DNA from: a virus
Taxonomy: Duplodnaviria > Caudoviricetes
Reading direction: 5' to 3' (one strand)
Virus record (IMG/VR): IMGVR_UViG_3300027286_000002
Length of the DNA stretch: 64,000 nucleotides
Part shown: one piece after another, positions 21,601-30,057 of the stretch
Layout: every line of letters starts with the position of its first letter
Numbering within the stretch: the stretch's first letter is position 1
Program-made: the position numbers and the translations under genes
The notes under the pieces: model-generated
Told to the model about the DNA's origin: nothing
Seen by the model: only the letters and a program-made list of their open reading frames with translations
Database searches by the model: none

Positions 21601-22242
21601 GATTGTTTTAATTCTTTATTGCTGTTAAAAGATCAAAAAAAGGTGATTGATAGAGCAACACAAAGAGAAAAACTTAGAGATTTCGCTGAAGCCTTTTTCC
21701 CAAAAACTAGATCAGATGGTGCAGAGGATGAGGAGGCTGAAGATACATCAGCAGATTTAGATATTATGAAATCTCTTATCAATTTTAGAGATAATCCAGC
21801 TATCACTACTTTAAGAGATGCGATGAAAGAAATTACTAAATATATTACTCAAGTCGCTGAAGCTAAAGAAAAGAATACAGGTATGCTTATTGACACCATG
21901 CACCAATGGAAAGGTTTGGAATGTAAAAACCTAACCACCATTTTCTCTAGTCAATTCCCAAGAGATAAAAAAGAAGAAATGACAGATAAAGAGCATGAAG
22001 CTGAAGTAGCATCTGAAAGACGATTAGCTTATGTTGCTCTTACTCGTGGTCAAGATTCTGTTAGAGTACTTGCTACTAATGTTAAGAGAACTTGGGATTC
22101 AGCTAATAAAACTTGGAAATATGTTACTGTTCCTGTATCAAGATTTATTGAAGAAGGCTGTATTCCACAAAAAGAATCTCAAGATAAGACATCTTCTCTT
22201 GATTTTTCAAATCTTATTCATGCTATGGTATTTGAAAAATAA
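18673..22242 (+). CDS. UvrD/Rep/PcrA-family SF1 helicase with large N-terminal extension and insertion
   Basis: AAGAGSGKT, VDEAQD, IGDDKQAIYEFRGA, TNFRS, TMHQWKGLE, ERRLAYVALTRG. Confidence 0.92.
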   Translation: MAIKRANDEQDEIVDKKTLLDLSRFLLILDRCVELGTEMPADLLAEGFELYRLNINGINEIGGLFFDEIVSTVQKLNPLYTKYRSAKKTYSSESLQLRIGLIESCFRYLSTNSAEILKFGENDPLMINYIKDINQGVLEKKTKQSLKNLINIPSFLYLKTSAKSPTSWIKKLIDANITNSSEVEKLDQMIAIKESYINIATEIREFDTKARSLNPNTKEYIDIQDARREKLQALITEIYENEGKDAKSILNSLTSTIHSTDTHITETGKRLNLTPEQELAMTVEGKAIIAAGAGSGKTRVLAGRVAWLIKEKGVPANKIMATSFTRNSAIELKERIQKPEFAGEGAIYGDGFGTSHSIAYRILMKNTKDNNKVDHALDGKLVDIALNQIEMSPNVPKNQVGKFSNKPMFDQYTEQDINNYIQIINNFMGYANYFMNDPNTNPQEKQVLAKDIALLNVIQKNKILPYDLDASQKEYLNSMINSERGKKVFGKLLAQDKLENLERLQKFGKSNKTSAKNFEDLEAEADKSEKGLPAKDSPYFKNTPANMWFNLGLNGSDIEVQKNILKNNKLFQELYSLEKDMENYTDKRQSDWFHKKVSQFYNNVMSVKQVKEMLPPNFLNNALVAVYGAYLWLKENDTTFRGYCSGDDQLVKTIGLLVKKPALLASLQRQYSHIMVDEAQDLNQSQHIFFGLIAGTINPANLMQYTDDEMQLVVKDQNKPDVKSKVYGRMRAESYVLIGDDKQAIYEFRGATPKEFIGKSDLLNGGFQTAIIPTNFRSGGDIVDTANKLISYNEQIPMTCVSVPAKGTGSIYYEVTPDTTFNSDAIRLIEEIKTHIELGGKAEDYGVATRSKREAYPFLLQALKEKIPFRSQTNPLMKSNFKNVFKWLNFISLPDSAVDELNNYVLTLHNTGPTYFLGEKNFNVVVRDLLQSKKNVNLLTDLSEDNFPITETSVRKNVEVYLRTLKQARRITGSPIDCFNSLLLLKDQKKVIDRATQREKLRDFAEAFFPKTRSDGAEDEEAEDTSADLDIMKSLINFRDNPAITTLRDAMKEITKYITQVAEAKEKNTGMLIDTMHQWKGLECKNLTTIFSSQFPRDKKEEMTDKEHEAEVASERRLAYVALTRGQDSVRVLATNVKRTWDSANKTWKYVTVPVSRFIEEGCIPQKESQDKTSSLDFSNLIHAMVFEK

Positions 22243-22313
22243 TTGCTTTTTTAAAAATTATCAGTATTCTATTTTTTTGTGATTGCTAGTATCCATTAGC
22301 TTTTCCGTCTGTA

Positions 22314-22346
22314 TGACATAGGCAGGTATCACAAAAAACTATGTCA
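22314..22346. other. Intergenic inverted repeat
   Basis: TGACATAG-N17-CTATGTCA downstream of the helicase. Confidence 0.3.
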
Positions 22347-22398
22347 CCTATCTAAATCTTTTGTTATAAGCATATCCAACTTAAACAAAGGATTTAAA

Positions 22399-22668
22399 AT
22401 GATTAATGAATTGCTTGAAATCATTTATGATAATATTGAACATTCAGATATTCTTGTATCTAATCTCAAAAATGAATCAGATGCTTTGGTCGTCTACCTT
22501 GCAGATGTAAATGAATTTTATGATAAGATTTTTATCACAGATATTAAAGACCAGCCTAATAAATATTCTATTCGTTTTGAATATCGATACAAACCTAGCA
22601 ACTCTTGGATCATTAACAAAGAAACTTTAGGTGCTTTTTTAAGAAAGCATACTACTTTAATGTGCTAA
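22399..22668 (+). CDS. Hypothetical protein
   Basis: ORF with SD AAAGGA. Confidence 0.55.
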   Translation: MINELLEIIYDNIEHSDILVSNLKNESDALVVYLADVNEFYDKIFITDIKDQPNKYSIRFEYRYKPSNSWIINKETLGAFLRKHTTLMC

Positions 22669-23165
22669 CATCCTTCTGTGCTTTCATCTGTTATACCTAA
22701 ACGAGTTTTTAAATACATAATATTTTCTTCATTTATTGTCTTAAGTATAGCTTTTCTTTCTTTATCTTCATTATTAGAATGAAATACTAGCTGTAAACAA
22801 TCAGGTGTATCTTTGCGATTAATAAACACCACTACATCTTCTCTATCTTTATATTTAGATTGTATTTCATTATATATAGACATGGCAAATTGCAAATCAT
22901 GTGGCAGAAAAACAATAACCTTTGAATGGTCTTCTTTATCTATCTTAAAAGAATTAAGATATTCCTTTTTAGAGAAACGATAAAAGAATTTAGACCTTTC
23001 TCTAAAAGTTAAATCATATACATTTAAACGATACCTGTCACCATATCGTTTTAAGATGTTTGTTTTATCCGTGCAGTATGTTAGAGCATTTAAAGCAAGT
23101 TCTTTATCTTCAAAGTAGATATACATTTTTATAATCCTTTTATATGCACAATCTCTATTAAACAA
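22665..23165 (-). CDS. Hypothetical protein
   Basis: 166-aa ORF. True start may be the internal MYIYF. Confidence 0.55.
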   Translation of the reverse strand: MFNRDCAYKRIIKMYIYFEDKELALNALTYCTDKTNILKRYGDRYRLNVYDLTFRERSKFFYRFSKKEYLNSFKIDKEDHSKVIVFLPHDLQFAMSIYNEIQSKYKDREDVVVFINRKDTPDCLQLVFHSNNEDKERKAILKTINEENIMYLKTRLGITDESTEGC

Positions 23166-23186
23166 AATACAAAGGACTTAGTAAAG

Positions 23187-23438
23187 ATGTTTAAACGATT
23201 TGCACGAAATCTTAAAGTAGATAATGCTATTCATGGTATTGATGAAATGCTGGATGAAATTATGGAAATCCAAATTGAATTTCAAGAAGATAGACAAAAT
23301 ATCCCTTCTTCTGAATTTCAATATGGTCTTGCTTTTCAACAATCTTTAGGCACTATTCCACAGGCACTTAAAGCTATTGCTGAAGCTGAAAAACAACTTA
23401 ACATTGCTAAAAACATTTTCTTAAAACAAACAAGGTAG
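23187..23438 (+). CDS. Hypothetical helical protein
   Basis: ORF with SD AAAGGA. Confidence 0.6.
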   Translation: MFKRFARNLKVDNAIHGIDEMLDEIMEIQIEFQEDRQNIPSSEFQYGLAFQQSLGTIPQALKAIAEAEKQLNIAKNIFLKQTR

Positions 23439-23446
23439 ATAAACAC

Positions 23447-24040
23447 ATGAGAAAATTAAGAATTTTAAAAGCTAAACTAGATCTTATTAAAAACAAGTTT
23501 ATGGATATTGACACTTCTGTTATCAAACAACATCCTGAAGATAAAGATGAGATTTGGAATATGTATGAGAAATCATACAAGTCTATTGGTATGCACTTAA
23601 ACCAAGACACTTTATTTAAATATGATGATTTTGTTTTAAAAGATATTGATGAAGATCCATATGCTGATTTATTTATTAGCATGACAGATACACCACATGG
23701 CAAAAAATTAGGTATTGCAGGCAATGATGGCAGTCCTGAAGCAATACAAGCTATTAAAGAAGCTATTGCTACTTATTTGCATAAACAAGGCTACTTTGCT
23801 GAACTTTCTTTAAAGACAGAATATATTGCTCAAAAGCATGGTGTTCCTTTTATTGACAATCAAGAAATTGTTGAGAAAGTTTTAGGTAAGCCTGTTGATT
23901 GGGAAGGTGATGGTTATTACTCAAGACAATTAGGTGAAATGGGAAATGTATCTAAAAGACTTTATGGATTTCCTAAAGGTGTTTCACCTGAACTCTTAAA
24001 AGATAGTCATAGATTTCAAGGTGCTATTAAAAGTCATTAA
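23447..24040 (+). CDS. Hypothetical phage protein, possibly GNAT-like fold
   Basis: 197-aa ORF (WNMYEKSY...GKKLGIAG...GYFAELS...DGYYSR). Fold guess is weak. Confidence 0.55.
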   Translation: MRKLRILKAKLDLIKNKFMDIDTSVIKQHPEDKDEIWNMYEKSYKSIGMHLNQDTLFKYDDFVLKDIDEDPYADLFISMTDTPHGKKLGIAGNDGSPEAIQAIKEAIATYLHKQGYFAELSLKTEYIAQKHGVPFIDNQEIVEKVLGKPVDWEGDGYYSRQLGEMGNVSKRLYGFPKGVSPELLKDSHRFQGAIKSH

Positions 24041-24097
24041 TACTTTTTTTATAGATATTTTTATTATGAAACCTACTCTCAAAAAAGGACTAACATT

Positions 24098-25471
24098 ATG
24101 TTAAACATGATTTCTTTTTTAAAAATGCTCATCAGCATTTTAACAAAAAAAACCAAAAACGAATGGAAATTTAAAATTCAAAATGGTGGTGTTATTTCAG
24201 GTGTACATACAATCTCAGGACTAGAACTTCTTTTAGAATTTAAAAGTAGACCTGTAGATATGGGAATGTCTGTTCTAGTGAATTTAATGATTACATCTAA
24301 TGATCCACAAGAAACCATAGAAGATACTAGAAATGAATACCTAATTACAGTGGACAATCAAATTCAAGATACTCTTGTTGTTGCTGATTGGATTATGGAA
24401 GGTCTAACATATGCAGAAAGAGCATGGTATCGTGGTTACTATCGTACTGCATCTACTCAAAAAACTTCTAATGATACTAGCAATCAAATCCTTGAACTAT
24501 TAGGTGGTAGAGATAATATCAAATCTTTCACTAATGGTGGTTCTGTTCAGATACTTTCAGGAAATAAAGGAATTATTTTCCCTAGACAACTTCCTTATGG
24601 TAAAGGCGATAAAATTTATTACATCCATGTCTTAGCAAATAACAATGGAAGTTATGATGTAAACTTTTTAGGTGCAGGTAAAACACCTAATGTTAAAAAG
24701 AGTTTAAAAGATGTGCCTGCAGAAAATCTTTTATTTGAGATTATGGAAAATGCTTATAGTGGTCGTACTGCTTCTACTCAAAAAACTTCTAATGAAATTG
24801 GCAATCAAATCCTTGAACTGTTAGGTGGAAATAGAACTTTAAAAATGATGGCAGGTGCAAAACAATTTGTTGGTATGCCTAATGGTGTTCAAATCCATAT
24901 TCCTAGAACAGGCAAAGGCATTGGTTTGATTATGATTACTCTTAATGGATCTGATAGCTATGATTTAAAGTTTTATAGTCCTTTCAGTTCAAAAACATTT
25001 GATCGTAAAGTCAAGAGTAGTGAAAATGATGTACCTGTAGAAAAATTGCTTTCTACTGTTGAATATCATACAGGTCTTTCTTTACGAGTACCTAAAATTG
25101 AACAAATACCAACTCCTCCAAATTGGAGTTTATTTGGTAGAAAAGCAGGCGAATTTGAAAATCCTGTAATTAATGGTGCTGATGATGTTATTAACCTTTT
25201 AGGTGGTGAAGAAAAAATTAAGTCTATGATGTATGGTTCTCATATTGCTAGATCTAATAAAGCTATGGGTGGTATTATTTTTTCAGTTCCTCTTGTTTTT
25301 GGTGTTGGTGTTGAACATATAGGTATCTTCTTAAATGATTTAGGTACATATAATATTGATTTCTATGGGAAAATGAAAAGTACTACACCTAATTTTAAAA
25401 AGAGATTGATCAATATACCTGCTGATAAAGTTAAAATGGCTATTGCAAAATATGCCAAACTTTATTTCTAA
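24098..25471 (+). CDS. Protein with three tandem copies of a ~105-aa domain separated by RTAS/RKAG linkers
   Basis: Each copy has I-x-x-LLGG...G-x-Y-D/N-x-x-F...(D/N)-V/I-P-x-(E/D). Two linkers read RTASTQKTSN. Confidence 0.75.
   Translation: MLNMISFLKMLISILTKKTKNEWKFKIQNGGVISGVHTISGLELLLEFKSRPVDMGMSVLVNLMITSNDPQETIEDTRNEYLITVDNQIQDTLVVADWIMEGLTYAERAWYRGYYRTASTQKTSNDTSNQILELLGGRDNIKSFTNGGSVQILSGNKGIIFPRQLPYGKGDKIYYIHVLANNNGSYDVNFLGAGKTPNVKKSLKDVPAENLLFEIMENAYSGRTASTQKTSNEIGNQILELLGGNRTLKMMAGAKQFVGMPNGVQIHIPRTGKGIGLIMITLNGSDSYDLKFYSPFSSKTFDRKVKSSENDVPVEKLLSTVEYHTGLSLRVPKIEQIPTPPNWSLFGRKAGEFENPVINGADDVINLLGGEEKIKSMMYGSHIARSNKAMGGIIFSVPLVFGVGVEHIGIFLNDLGTYNIDFYGKMKSTTPNFKKRLINIPADKVKMAIAKYAKLYF
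24443..24828 (+). repeat. 65-bp direct repeat pair (24443-24507, 24764-24828)
   Basis: CGTACTGC(A/T)TCTACTCAAAAAACTTCTAATGA...CAATCAAATCCTTGAACT.TTAGGTGG. Confidence 0.9.
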
Positions 25472-25474
25472 TCA

Positions 25475-25711
25475 TTATTTATCTAAATCCAAATCAAAAT
25501 CTTTATTCATAAACACAGGTGCATCTTCAAAATATGGCAAGGATCTTAATACATTGTATTCAAACCATTCCAATGCCTCTTCATAAGACCATTCATTAAT
25601 TCGCATGAATGTTTCCAATACTAACTCTGTGTCATAGACTGCACAATCTGCATCATATAAAACACCTACTACACATTTATCAAATTCATCTCTTGGATCT
25701 AGCAATTTCAT
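25475..25711 (-). CDS. Small conserved phage hypothetical protein
   Basis: VVG...AVYD...EEALEWFEYNV...P pattern. Start moved to MKLLD. Confidence 0.6.
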   Translation of the reverse strand: MKLLDPRDEFDKCVVGVLYDADCAVYDTELVLETFMRINEWSYEEALEWFEYNVLRSLPYFEDAPVFMNKDFDLDLDK

Positions 25712-25776
25712 TTTTTTCAAATCTTTTTTTTGTTTAATATGTTTATCTATTATATACAAGACAAAGGATATCTAAA

Positions 25777-26769
25777 ATGAAATATCTTGCTAAAGAACGA
25801 TCTGATGAAGAAAAAAAAGAAATCTATGATAAGTGGAAAAAACTTATCAATATGTCAGAAAAAGAATTAAAAGAATGGGGCGATAATCCAGATCACCTTG
25901 AAGCTTCTTTAAATAGAGAAGAGGCTAAAGATAATGGCAAAATCCAATCAGGTTATGATTCTTTTCATCGTATTAAAAGAAGAAAAGACAAACCTTTTGA
26001 AGATTGGACTGCTCAAGATTTTGATAATGCTAGTCAAGAGAATGGTTTTAATGGTCGTATGCTTGGTGGATCACCCGGGCAACCTGTAGGTTCAACAGGT
26101 AGAAGTAAATGGGAAATCTCTTTAAGAAATTGGGGACATGATCCATCTAAAGCTAGTAGTCCTGCATATAGCAAATGGAAAAAATGGAAAAAAGATAATG
26201 AAGAAGAGATTAAAAAATCCAAAGCTAAAAAAGAAGCATCTCTTATCATGCGAGCATATAAATTAAGTTATCTTTTTGATAACACAAGTAGTCTTAGAAC
26301 TGCCTGCATGAATTGTCTTATCTCATCTACACCACAGACAAAAACAGCTTTTAAAAATGAGTTAATAAAAGTAGCTAGTAGAAACCATGTGTTTAATGAA
26401 AGCATAGTGAATAATACCTTTGCTATGAGAAAAGCCACTACATTAAGCCAAATCAAAACAGGTTTAAATCCTAATATCGTAGCTAGTGATAAACAAATCA
26501 CAGGTGAATTTAATGGTAAAAATAAAGTAAATACCTTTCAAGTAGGTGAGTATCAAGTCAATGTTCTAGTCGATACCAATAACAATGTATTTACAAATTG
26601 TGATTGTGGATTTTGGAAATATCAAGGTGCTGAGTATCATGCAAAACAAGACGGATATTTATTAGGTGATCCACAAGGCACTGCTGATAAACCACAAGTC
26701 AAAGATCCAAAGGGAAACAATAAGCTATGTAAACACACATTAGCTGTTTTAGAAAGGATTATCAAATGA
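25777..26769 (+). CDS. DUF3140-like domain fused to a SWIM-type zinc finger
   Basis: N-terminal LINMSEKELKEW...WEISLRNWGHDP. C-terminal CDC...LCKH. Linker rich in K/R-x-A motifs. Confidence 0.7.
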   Translation: MKYLAKERSDEEKKEIYDKWKKLINMSEKELKEWGDNPDHLEASLNREEAKDNGKIQSGYDSFHRIKRRKDKPFEDWTAQDFDNASQENGFNGRMLGGSPGQPVGSTGRSKWEISLRNWGHDPSKASSPAYSKWKKWKKDNEEEIKKSKAKKEASLIMRAYKLSYLFDNTSSLRTACMNCLISSTPQTKTAFKNELIKVASRNHVFNESIVNNTFAMRKATTLSQIKTGLNPNIVASDKQITGEFNGKNKVNTFQVGEYQVNVLVDTNNNVFTNCDCGFWKYQGAEYHAKQDGYLLGDPQGTADKPQVKDPKGNNKLCKHTLAVLERIIK

Positions 26770-27638
26770 ATAAGCAAGGTTGTATTGTTGCTCTAGGTCA
26801 ATGGAATGATGATCGTGTTCTTTTTAAGAATAGAGATCGTAATTATAGAAATTGCATAACATTCCACCATGAATTAAGACATGGTGTAGAAGTCTTATAT
26901 TTTAAAGATGCTCTCACAGGATGGATAGAAGGTATGAATCAATATGGCATAGGTATTATTAATGCTACTCTTATGCCTTCAATAGATGAAAGTCGCTTGA
27001 AAGATTCAGCTAAAGGTGATGGTGAAATTATTCTTAAAGCACTAGAACAAAAAACTGTTGAAGATGCTATGGATATGATTTGTGGATATAAGAATGGACT
27101 ATATGGACATACAATTATATCTAATGCAGATAAGTCATATTCAGTAGAGCATTTTGAAGGTGAAGAACCTGTCTGTAAAGAAATTAATCCAAATGAAGAT
27201 GTTCATGTAAGAACAAATCATGGTATAGATATTCCTCATGCAGGTGTACAAAATGGTAATGGTAGAAAATCCACTATCACTAGAAGATTAAGAGCATTAA
27301 AAGCATTAAGAAATACTGAAAGTAAAGAAAGCATTATTGAGAATATCTATAAATACAGACCAAATGGTTTTGATGATCCACATAATATGGTTAGGAATCT
27401 ACCAAATGGTTTAAAGACAGGCTGTCAATATGTGATTGATCCACAAGAGAAAACATTTAATTTTTATACCTTACCATACAAGGTTAGGATTTTAGGATAT
27501 AAGTGTAATGTAGTGAAACCACGATTGAAATTAAATTTGTTTAGGATTTGTAAAGAAGATGGTCAAGGTAATTTTAAATTAGAACCATACAAAATACCAA
27601 AAGAAACCAATCCATTCTTAAAAGGTAAATGGAGATGA
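26766..27638 (+). CDS. Ntn-hydrolase (Cys nucleophile; C45/NRDE-like)
   Basis: Near-N-terminal CIV...LFKNRDR, EGMNQYGIGI, RTNHG. Confidence 0.7.
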   Translation: MNKQGCIVALGQWNDDRVLFKNRDRNYRNCITFHHELRHGVEVLYFKDALTGWIEGMNQYGIGIINATLMPSIDESRLKDSAKGDGEIILKALEQKTVEDAMDMICGYKNGLYGHTIISNADKSYSVEHFEGEEPVCKEINPNEDVHVRTNHGIDIPHAGVQNGNGRKSTITRRLRALKALRNTESKESIIENIYKYRPNGFDDPHNMVRNLPNGLKTGCQYVIDPQEKTFNFYTLPYKVRILGYKCNVVKPRLKLNLFRICKEDGQGNFKLEPYKIPKETNPFLKGKWR

Positions 27639-28060
27639 TATATTTTGCTTATGGTAGTAATACCAATCCTAAAGTTATGTTATCAAGAATACCGAATGCA
27701 CAATTTTATGGTAGGTATAGTCTAAAAGATTGGGAATTAAGATTTGCAGGACATTCTAGAAACCATCGTCAAAATGGTGTTTTAGATATTAAACCAAATC
27801 CTAATTCTACAGTACATGGTATTTTATGGCAGATACCTGATGATAGCATCTCTTCTTTAGATCATGAAGAAGGATGTAAATACCATCACTTTTCTTTTTT
27901 ATTAAACACAGGTGAAAAAGCATTTAGCTACACAATGGTAAGAGATGCTATGAAAAATAAACCACATTTAGAATATGTGGATATCGTATTAAATGGATAT
28001 AAGTTATTTGGTTTGCCAAAACAAGATGTTATGCTTGCCTACTACAAATCCCTTGTATAA
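27635..28060 (+). CDS. Gamma-glutamylcyclotransferase (GGCT/AIG2-like)
   Basis: YFAYGSN, VHGILW, LDHEEG. ATGA coupling to the Ntn gene. Confidence 0.88.
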   Translation: MIYFAYGSNTNPKVMLSRIPNAQFYGRYSLKDWELRFAGHSRNHRQNGVLDIKPNPNSTVHGILWQIPDDSISSLDHEEGCKYHHFSFLLNTGEKAFSYTMVRDAMKNKPHLEYVDIVLNGYKLFGLPKQDVMLAYYKSLV

Positions 28061-28086
28061 TTAAAATAAAACAAAGGAATATTAAA

Positions 28087-28479
28087 ATGCCTTCTTACAG
28101 CTATATCTGCAAAGAATGTGAACATGAATTTAATGTCACTAAAAAAATCTCTGAATACAATAAACCTGAAGCTTGTCCTGAATGTTCTGCGAATGACTGT
28201 ACAAGACAAATCACTATGCCACAAGTCATGTTTAAAGGTGATAGCTGGATAGATAAGAATAATCGTATCAGTAAACAGATGTCAGATAAAAATAAGAAAC
28301 TTGCTGTTAGAGAAAATGAAATGAAGAGAGATGCACCTAGTGTTAAGCTAGTACCTAATGTAAATGGTGAAAGAGTAGATTCTTGGTCGGATGCTCAAAA
28401 ACTTGCCAAAGATTTAGGCAAGAATACAGAAAGCTATAGTGAACTTGTTAAGAAAGAAGATACCTTAAAGAAAAGTTAA
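28087..28479 (+). CDS. FmdB-family zinc-ribbon protein
   Basis: MPSYSYICKEC...CPEC...FKGDSW. Confidence 0.85.
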   Translation: MPSYSYICKECEHEFNVTKKISEYNKPEACPECSANDCTRQITMPQVMFKGDSWIDKNNRISKQMSDKNKKLAVRENEMKRDAPSVKLVPNVNGERVDSWSDAQKLAKDLGKNTESYSELVKKEDTLKKS

Positions 28480-28537
28480 TAATGTTTTAATATAAGATAT
28501 ATTATGTATATAACCTCTTTTCAAAGGATTAAAGCAA

Positions 28538-28948
28538 ATGGCAAAGTTATCTACTCTTAAAAATAGATTAAAGAAAGCGAATGAAATGCTTTCACATACC
28601 ATGTTTGATGAATATGATTTTAATCAAGATCAAATGATTGGTCGTGATGAATGGGAAGGCAATGATGATATGTTTTCTTTATTAGATAGCAATAAAGATG
28701 AATATCTTGATTCAGATGAAATTTCTCAAGGTGTTGGTCAATCTTTTTCTCGTTATGCGAAAGATGAAGAATATTTAACACCACAAGAAATTGCAGATAT
28801 TATGGGTGGTACTTTAGTGTCTGTTAAGCCTGCTAAAACTGCTCGTACTAAAAAAGCAGAAAGTGAAAGATATTTAACACCACAAGAGATCGCTGATATT
28901 ATGGGTGGTAAACTTGTATCTGTTAAGACTGCTCGTAAAAGATTTTAA
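28538..28948 (+). CDS. EF-hand pair protein with duplicated C-terminal motif
   Basis: Two 12-residue loops, DFNQDQMIGRDE and DSNKDEYLDSDE. YLTPQEIADIMGGxLVSVK occurs twice. Confidence 0.7.
   Translation: MAKLSTLKNRLKKANEMLSHTMFDEYDFNQDQMIGRDEWEGNDDMFSLLDSNKDEYLDSDEISQGVGQSFSRYAKDEEYLTPQEIADIMGGTLVSVKPAKTARTKKAESERYLTPQEIADIMGGKLVSVKTARKRF
28772..28927 (+). repeat. 57-bp direct repeat pair (28772-28828, 28871-28927)
   Basis: TATTTAACACCACAAGA...GATATTATGGGTGGTA...TCTGTTAAG. Confidence 0.9.
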
Positions 28949-29017
28949 TATTAAATTTATATTTTAATCCTTGTTTGTTATAAAAAACATTCACTTAAAA
29001 AACAAGGATGGTCAAAA

Positions 29018-30001
29018 ATGAATCGCTCTCAAACGATTGCTACTTTATATAAGTTATCTTTCCAAACACCTAAAGGTCATTCTTTAAGACAGGCTTGTCT
29101 TATTGCTATGGGTAAAGTTCGTGTTGCTAGTGATGCCAAAGTTGAAACTATTGTTGAAGATTTAGCTGATGCACCTAAAGATGTTCAGAATGAAGCTAAA
29201 TTAAATCTAGTTGCTGAAGCTATGGTTTCTACTGTAGAAGAACATGAAAAGAAACTTGCACCTAAAGGTCTAAATAAAATCAAAGCATGGATTAAAAAAC
29301 ATAGTGTTACTATTCAAAATATCCAAAATAAAAACTTTGCTGTAGTATCTGCTCCTGTTGATGCAGTTTCTATTGCTTTTGAGGTTATTGATCTTAATCT
29401 CAATAAAACAAAAAGTGGTGGCGATATTTCAGGTACTATTGCTTTTATTGCATCTGTTCTTTCTGCTGAAAGTGCTGAAGATCTTTTAAAAGCTGAAAGT
29501 AAAGAATGGGAAAAATTTAAACCTTATCTACCTACTTTCTTAGGTTTAGGTGCAGTCGCTGTTGAAGAAAATTGGATCAGTATCCAAAAATATGCTTTGA
29601 AATATGGATATGAAGCTCTTCATGCTGTTGAAATGTGGTTGCATGGTGCATCTTGGTTAAAAGTAGCAGGTGCTGTTGCAGGATCTTTTGCAGTCATTTT
29701 GACTCTTTGTCTTTTGTTCGGATCACATAATGTTTATATGCTCTTGAAAAAAGCCGCCGCTTTGGTATTTGGTCTACCTATGGCTGTTATTAATGATGTC
29801 CTTAGTGCTGTCAAATGGGGATATAATAAAGTTAAAGGTATCTTTGATGATGCAGGTGCTAAACTTAAAGCATGGTGGGATGAAGAAGAAGAAACTGTTG
29901 TTAAGAAAACTGCCAATCGTCTTGTTATCCGTGAATTTAAAAAACTCGCTATGCAAGATGAAAAATTCTATCGTTTAGCCTCTCAAACATTTGCTCTTTA
30001 A
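29018..30001 (+). CDS. Membrane-segment protein, paralog of 4956..5984
   Basis: See 4956. Contains KVRVAS, KKTAN and RLAS motifs. Confidence 0.6.
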   Translation: MNRSQTIATLYKLSFQTPKGHSLRQACLIAMGKVRVASDAKVETIVEDLADAPKDVQNEAKLNLVAEAMVSTVEEHEKKLAPKGLNKIKAWIKKHSVTIQNIQNKNFAVVSAPVDAVSIAFEVIDLNLNKTKSGGDISGTIAFIASVLSAESAEDLLKAESKEWEKFKPYLPTFLGLGAVAVEENWISIQKYALKYGYEALHAVEMWLHGASWLKVAGAVAGSFAVILTLCLLFGSHNVYMLLKKAAALVFGLPMAVINDVLSAVKWGYNKVKGIFDDAGAKLKAWWDEEEETVVKKTANRLVIREFKKLAMQDEKFYRLASQTFAL

Positions 30002-30057
30002 TATTCTTTTAATTAAATCCTGTCTTTTATAATATTATCAATAAAGGATTTAATTTT

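Noticed and set aside
22314-22346. preQ1-I riboswitch (A-rich AAAAAACTA tail)
   Set aside because: No convincing P1 stem, and it is far from the QueC-like gene. A simple inverted repeat explains it.
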